The notes under the pieces: generated by a model
What the model saw: only the letters and a program-made list of their open reading frames with translations
Told to the model about the DNA's origin: nothing
Database searches by the model: none
Program-made: the position numbers and the translations under genes
From: an uncultured Flavobacteriaceae bacterium
GTDB lineage: Bacteria > Bacteroidota > Bacteroidia > Flavobacteriales > Flavobacteriaceae
DNA: 64,000 bases
Reading direction: 5' to 3'
Assembly (NCBI GenBank): GCA_943789035.1
Contig: CALSSO010000007.1
Span: 109,319 to 173,318, forward strand
Shown: positions 60,242 to 64,000 of the stretch, piece after piece
How the letters are laid out: every line of letters starts with the position of its first letter
Position numbering within the stretch: position 1 is the stretch's first letter

Positions 60242-62692
60242 ATGATTAACAAAAGTCTCTTATTTTTATTCGCTTTAATTTTATCTAATAGTTCTTTGAT
60301 GGCTCAAAGTGGATTAGATTCTTTTGTGGTTTCTGGAACCATTCTAGAAAGAGAAAGCCAGTCCCCACTCGAATATGCGACCATCGCTTTTTATAGTTCT
60401 ATTGAAAATAGGATTGTTGGAGGAGGTGTTACAGACAATAAAGGAAATTATAGCATTGTAATCCCCAAAGGAATTTATGATATTTCTTTTGAGTACTTCT
60501 CACTTATGACACGCATCAAATCCAATTATAACATTACTCAAGATGTTAATTTTGGGATCACTGAACTGGAAGCAGAACTGCAATCATTAGAAGTTGTTGA
60601 CATTATTGCTGAAAAAACAACGGTTGAAATTAAGTTGGATAAAAAAATATACAACGTTGGAAAAGACCTTACTGTAAGAGGCGGAAGCGTGAGTGATGTT
60701 TTAGACAATGTTCCTTCTGTTTCTGTAGATATTGAAGGGAATGTAGCGTTAAGAGGGAATCAAAATGTACGGATTTTAATAAACGGAAAACCTTCTGGGT
60801 TGGTAGGATTGAATTCAACGGATGCATTGCGACAATTACCAGCGGATGCGATCGAAAAAGTAGAAATTATCACCTCCCCCTCTGCACGCTATGATGCCGA
60901 AGGGACTGCCGGAATTCTGAATATTATTTTGAGACGAAGCAAACTCCTTGGATTAAATGGTGCTGTCATTTTAAATGCAGGACATCCCGATCAATTAGGG
61001 GCTTCTGGAAATATTAATTACCGAACAGGAAATATAAACATCTTTAACACTTCAGGTTATTCTTACAGAAATAGCCCAGGCAATTCTACTACAAAAACCG
61101 AATTTTTCAACACTGAATACGACGCTGATGGACTGCTCATTCAAGATGAGCCAAATACATTTCGGAATGAATACCGAACTTTTGAGCGGATTCGAAAAGG
61201 ATTTAACAGCAATACAGGGATCGAATGGTACATCAACCCAACCACTTCTTTGACCTCTGCTTTTTTGGTTCGTAAAAGTGATAATAGTAATGAAACCTTT
61301 AACAGAGCAGAAACGTTTGATGCCTCAAACAACCTCATCAATCAGTCCTTGCGGTATGATCCCGAATTTGAAACCGATGAAACCACTCAATTTTCTATTA
61401 ATTTTGATAAACAATTTCATGGTAACAGTGACCACCGTTTGACTTTAGATTTCCAAGTTGAAAACAATGCGGAAGACGAAAATTCCATTATTTACAACAA
61501 TTCGGTCGCTGCCGAGCGTGTCCAAACCATCGAAGATCAAGAACGTGTGTTGCTCCAAACCGATTTTACCCTTCCCATTGGAGAACACAGTCGATTTGAA
61601 GCAGGTTATAACGGACGTTTTAGTAAAAACACCACTGACTATACATTAGAATTTGCCAACAATGACGTCTTTGTATTAAATACCAATGTGAGCAATACCT
61701 TAGTATATAAAGAGGATGTCAATGCGTTTTATTCTCAATATGGAAGCAAACTAAAAGATAAATTTTCATTTTTACTCGGTTTGCGATTGGAATCGACACG
61801 GATCACTATCCAACAGCTCAGCAGCAATGAATATAACAACAATAATTATGTAGGACTCTTTCCTACAATTAATTTAGGGTATGAGTTTTCTGAAACCCAA
61901 AGTTTGACATTGGGTTACAACCGTCGCATTAGCAGACCACGCTCTCGATTTTTAAATCCATTTCCTTCAAGAAGTAGTGCAACAAATTTATTTCAAGGGA
62001 ATCCAAATATCAACCCCAGTTATTCGAATGGGTTTGACATCGGCTACCTTAACAGTTTTGATGTTTTAACACTCAACACTTCACTGTATTTTAACCACGC
62101 CACCGACGTTTTTACTTATGTTAGTGAAGATACAGGAGAAGAAGTTATAATAGACGGTCAGAGTGTCCCTGTCATTCGACGTGGGCCTATCAATTTAGCA
62201 GAAAATGACCGCTATGGGTTTGAGTTTACATTGACTTATAGACCTTCTAAGAAGTGGAACATGAATGCAAATTTCAACCTCTATCAATCAATCATTAGAG
62301 GGAGTTATAAAGGCCTGAGTTATGATTCTGAAAACTTAGCTTGGTTTGTTCGTTTGAATAACAAATACACCTTACCTGGAATGGTAGAGTGGCAAACACG
62401 TTTGAGTTATGATGGACCACGAATAGACGCTGTCAACAAGCGAGAAGGGCGGTTTTCGACCAATATGGCATTTAGTAAAGACCTGTTTAATGAAAAAGCA
62501 TCACTTTCATTTAATATTAATGATTTGTTTAACACACAACGTCGCAATTTAGAATCGACAACGCCTACATTTTACAGTGACAGTTATTTCCGATGGCGTG
62601 TTCGCTCCTACAACCTCTCATTCACCTATCGTTTTAACCAGAAGAAAAAACAGTCGCAACGCGGTGGTTTTGGAAATGATTTTGAAGGATAA
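60242..62692 (+). CDS. TonB-dependent outer-membrane beta-barrel protein
   Basis: N-terminal CarboxypepD-like domain, plug (VLDNVPSV, EIITSPSARYDAEG), barrel ending SFTYRFN. Confidence 0.88.
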   Translation: MINKSLLFLFALILSNSSLMAQSGLDSFVVSGTILERESQSPLEYATIAFYSSIENRIVGGGVTDNKGNYSIVIPKGIYDISFEYFSLMTRIKSNYNITQDVNFGITELEAELQSLEVVDIIAEKTTVEIKLDKKIYNVGKDLTVRGGSVSDVLDNVPSVSVDIEGNVALRGNQNVRILINGKPSGLVGLNSTDALRQLPADAIEKVEIITSPSARYDAEGTAGILNIILRRSKLLGLNGAVILNAGHPDQLGASGNINYRTGNINIFNTSGYSYRNSPGNSTTKTEFFNTEYDADGLLIQDEPNTFRNEYRTFERIRKGFNSNTGIEWYINPTTSLTSAFLVRKSDNSNETFNRAETFDASNNLINQSLRYDPEFETDETTQFSINFDKQFHGNSDHRLTLDFQVENNAEDENSIIYNNSVAAERVQTIEDQERVLLQTDFTLPIGEHSRFEAGYNGRFSKNTTDYTLEFANNDVFVLNTNVSNTLVYKEDVNAFYSQYGSKLKDKFSFLLGLRLESTRITIQQLSSNEYNNNNYVGLFPTINLGYEFSETQSLTLGYNRRISRPRSRFLNPFPSRSSATNLFQGNPNINPSYSNGFDIGYLNSFDVLTLNTSLYFNHATDVFTYVSEDTGEEVIIDGQSVPVIRRGPINLAENDRYGFEFTLTYRPSKKWNMNANFNLYQSIIRGSYKGLSYDSENLAWFVRLNNKYTLPGMVEWQTRLSYDGPRIDAVNKREGRFSTNMAFSKDLFNEKASLSFNINDLFNTQRRNLESTTPTFYSDSYFRWRVRSYNLSFTYRFNQKKKQSQRGGFGNDFEG

Positions 62693-62697
62693 CCAAC

Positions 62698-62730
62698 AAA
62701 AAAAATCCAAAACATACGGTTTTGGATTTT
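62698..62730. terminator. Bidirectional terminator
   Basis: AAAATCCAAAAC-ATACG-GTTTTGGATTTT. Confidence 0.8.
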
Positions 62731-62753
62731 GATTTCATTTAGAGGAAATAAAC

Positions 62754-62930
62754 TTAAGCAGCTTCTGCTTTTGCTTTTTTAGCAGCTCTTTTTTCTTTAA
62801 AGTGTTCCAAAGCAGAGCCTACCACCCAATATGGGATGGCAAAGGTCAATAAGAAAATCATCAACCAAAACCCTAAGGTTAGTATTGATAAAAATGCTAA
62901 AAATCCTAAATACTGATCAAAATCAAACAT
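62754..62930 (-). CDS. Small membrane protein (58 aa) missed by the ORF track
   Basis: MFDFDQYLGFLAFLSILTLGFWLMIFLLTFAIPYWVVGSALEHFKEKRAAKKAKAEAA*; TATATTTG on the minus strand at 62955-62962; terminator downstream. Confidence 0.8.
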   Translation of the reverse strand: MFDFDQYLGFLAFLSILTLGFWLMIFLLTFAIPYWVVGSALEHFKEKRAAKKAKAEAA

Positions 62931-62978
62931 GGTGTTTACTTTAGTTTTACGCTACAAATATACTATAAGAAAAATCGT

Positions 62979-63005
62979 TTTACAACATAAAATTTTAGAT
63001 TTATC
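62979..63005 (+). repeat. Left 27-bp direct repeat
   Basis: TTTACAACATAAAATTTTAGATTTATC, identical to 63887-63913. Confidence 0.9.
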
Positions 63006-63130
63006 TATAAAATTTGAGTTGCTTTTTTTGATAGTTCAGAAATTAGTATAAATTTGATTGATGATAGACCCCAAGTCTAAATCTTCATAAGCAATTTATC
63101 CGAAGTTTTAGATTCTATTTTTTTGAATGC

Positions 63131-63292
63131 CGTATTGGAAAAGTTCCGATAGGAGGCTTAATGAACCCCCGTTTGTGCGCGAAATCGAAGATTCAACGAT
63201 GTTAATCTTTCGCGTTCCAAGTAAATTTGTATGCCACACGATAGGAATCGTGCGGCAGCAAGGGTAACTACACATAGCCGAGACCGTTACCC
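63131..63292. other. Multi-hairpin structured non-coding element
   Basis: Five consecutive stem-loops in a GC-rich patch. Confidence 0.55.
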
Positions 63293-63337
63293 GCTCCACA
63301 AAATCTCTGACTTTGCGGAACATAAAAATAAGACTCA

Positions 63338-63745
63338 TTAGTTGTTTTCTAAATGTTCTTCAATATCAGCAATATGATATTGCAACGCCTGAGCAGAGAT
63401 CTGTATTTCCTTGATCAATAATGCCAAAGAAATGATTAATAAAATCAAAGCGAACCCAAAAATCCAAACGGCCATATTATGTTTATGAACATAGATTAAA
63501 AACATGGTCAACACACAGAAAAGTAAGCTTGAAATTCCAAAAATCTGCATCCATCGGGTTAAATTTAGACGTAGTTTTAAATTCTTAATCTGTCTTATTA
63601 AAGATTCTTCTTTGCGTTCTAAATAAATATCGTGCAAATTTCTAATTACGGCAGCATAGGCTAAAAAACGGTTGGTATATGCCAACATAATTAGAGAAAT
63701 TGCAGAAAATAAAAGTGCAGGTGTTGATAATGTTAATTCTTCCAT
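63338..63745 (-). CDS. DUF2721 membrane protein
   Basis: TPALLFSAISLIMLAYTNRF...LRLNL...EIQIS. Confidence 0.82.
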   Translation of the reverse strand: MEELTLSTPALLFSAISLIMLAYTNRFLAYAAVIRNLHDIYLERKEESLIRQIKNLKLRLNLTRWMQIFGISSLLFCVLTMFLIYVHKHNMAVWIFGFALILLIISLALLIKEIQISAQALQYHIADIEEHLENN

Positions 63746-63886
63746 ATAGTTGTCAAAATTAAGTAATAATTATCATCAAAAAAAAGAAATAGTTTATGAA
63801 AATCCCCCCCCTCAATTTTCCCCTAGCGTGGTAGCAGCAGTCTATAAGTTTATCATATGTTAAAAATAGCCTATAGGAAAACTAGA

Positions 63887-63913
63887 TTTACAACATAAAA
63901 TTTTAGATTTATC
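63887..63913 (+). repeat. Right 27-bp direct repeat
   Basis: TTTACAACATAAAATTTTAGATTTATC, identical to 62979-63005. Confidence 0.9.
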
Positions 63914-63979
63914 AACAGCCTTAAAACAGTACGCATTTGAATTTAAAAAATTGTAAATTTGTAGTCAAACCAGAATGTT

Positions 63980-64000
63980 ATGAAGTTTAGAGTTGAAAAA
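63980..64000 (+). CDS. Start of a gene running off the window, possibly class II fumarase
   Basis: MKFRVEK resembles the FumC N-terminus (RxEKDxMG); TAAATTTG promoter at 63954-63961. Only 7 codons are visible. Confidence 0.45.

Noticed and set aside
38-61649. Dozens of 60-195 aa ORFs antisense to or nested in long genes (e.g. 29126-29713, 36393-36773, 59082-59480)
   Set aside because: Shadow frames of well-supported genes, with no recognisable motifs.
62979-63005. dif/pdif site (reverse strand contains TTATGTTGTAA)
   Set aside because: Only a partial XerD-like arm, with no convincing XerC arm at 6-bp spacing. Not fully excluded.
63108-63338. 76-aa ORF, tRNA or tmRNA
   Set aside because: The ORF has no family features; there is no cloverleaf, T-loop GTTC or CCA end, and no tmRNA 5' end.
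1-64000. CRISPR array, prophage, intact IS/integrase or defence system
   Set aside because: No spaced repeat array and no transposase, integrase, phage or defence motifs found in any ORF.

Overview
An AT-rich, gene-dense stretch of core chromosome from a Bacteroidota bacterium, most likely Flavobacteriaceae. This is inferred from TAnnTTTG promoters, SD-less A-rich starts, a SecA without the C-terminal Zn motif, and gene order. It holds about 52 CDS and no rRNA, tRNA, CRISPR, phage or intact transposase that I can see. Housekeeping content includes secA, a MarR-led beta-oxidation operon, M1/M3/S9/S10 peptidases, sodC, oxyR, bcp/nth, uvrA, two ECF sigma factors, a PadR-PspC-DUF2807 envelope module, a YfhO-GT4 pair and prfB with its programmed +1 frameshift. 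Highlights: (1) a probable sulfonolipid (capnine) locus, with a cysteate-synthase-like gene, a SulA/CapB-type acyltransferase carrying K251/K281, and a convergent GNAT N-acyltransferase candidate; (2) a ~0.9-kb islet bounded by 27-bp perfect direct repeats, carrying a DUF2721 gene and a multi-hairpin element whose ends resemble a second element after secA; (3) a four-helix-bundle gene relic between inverted heptamer arrays inside the fad operon; (4) a nested REP/MITE-like palindrome; (5) two small ORFs missed by the ORF track; (6) readable regulatory sites (MarR and PadR operators, ECF and sigma54-like promoters, a symmetric bidirectional promoter). Several single-base insertions (capA-like gene, VPS10 protein, uvrA) look like long-read consensus errors. 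Family assignments come from motif recognition and memory, not database searches.
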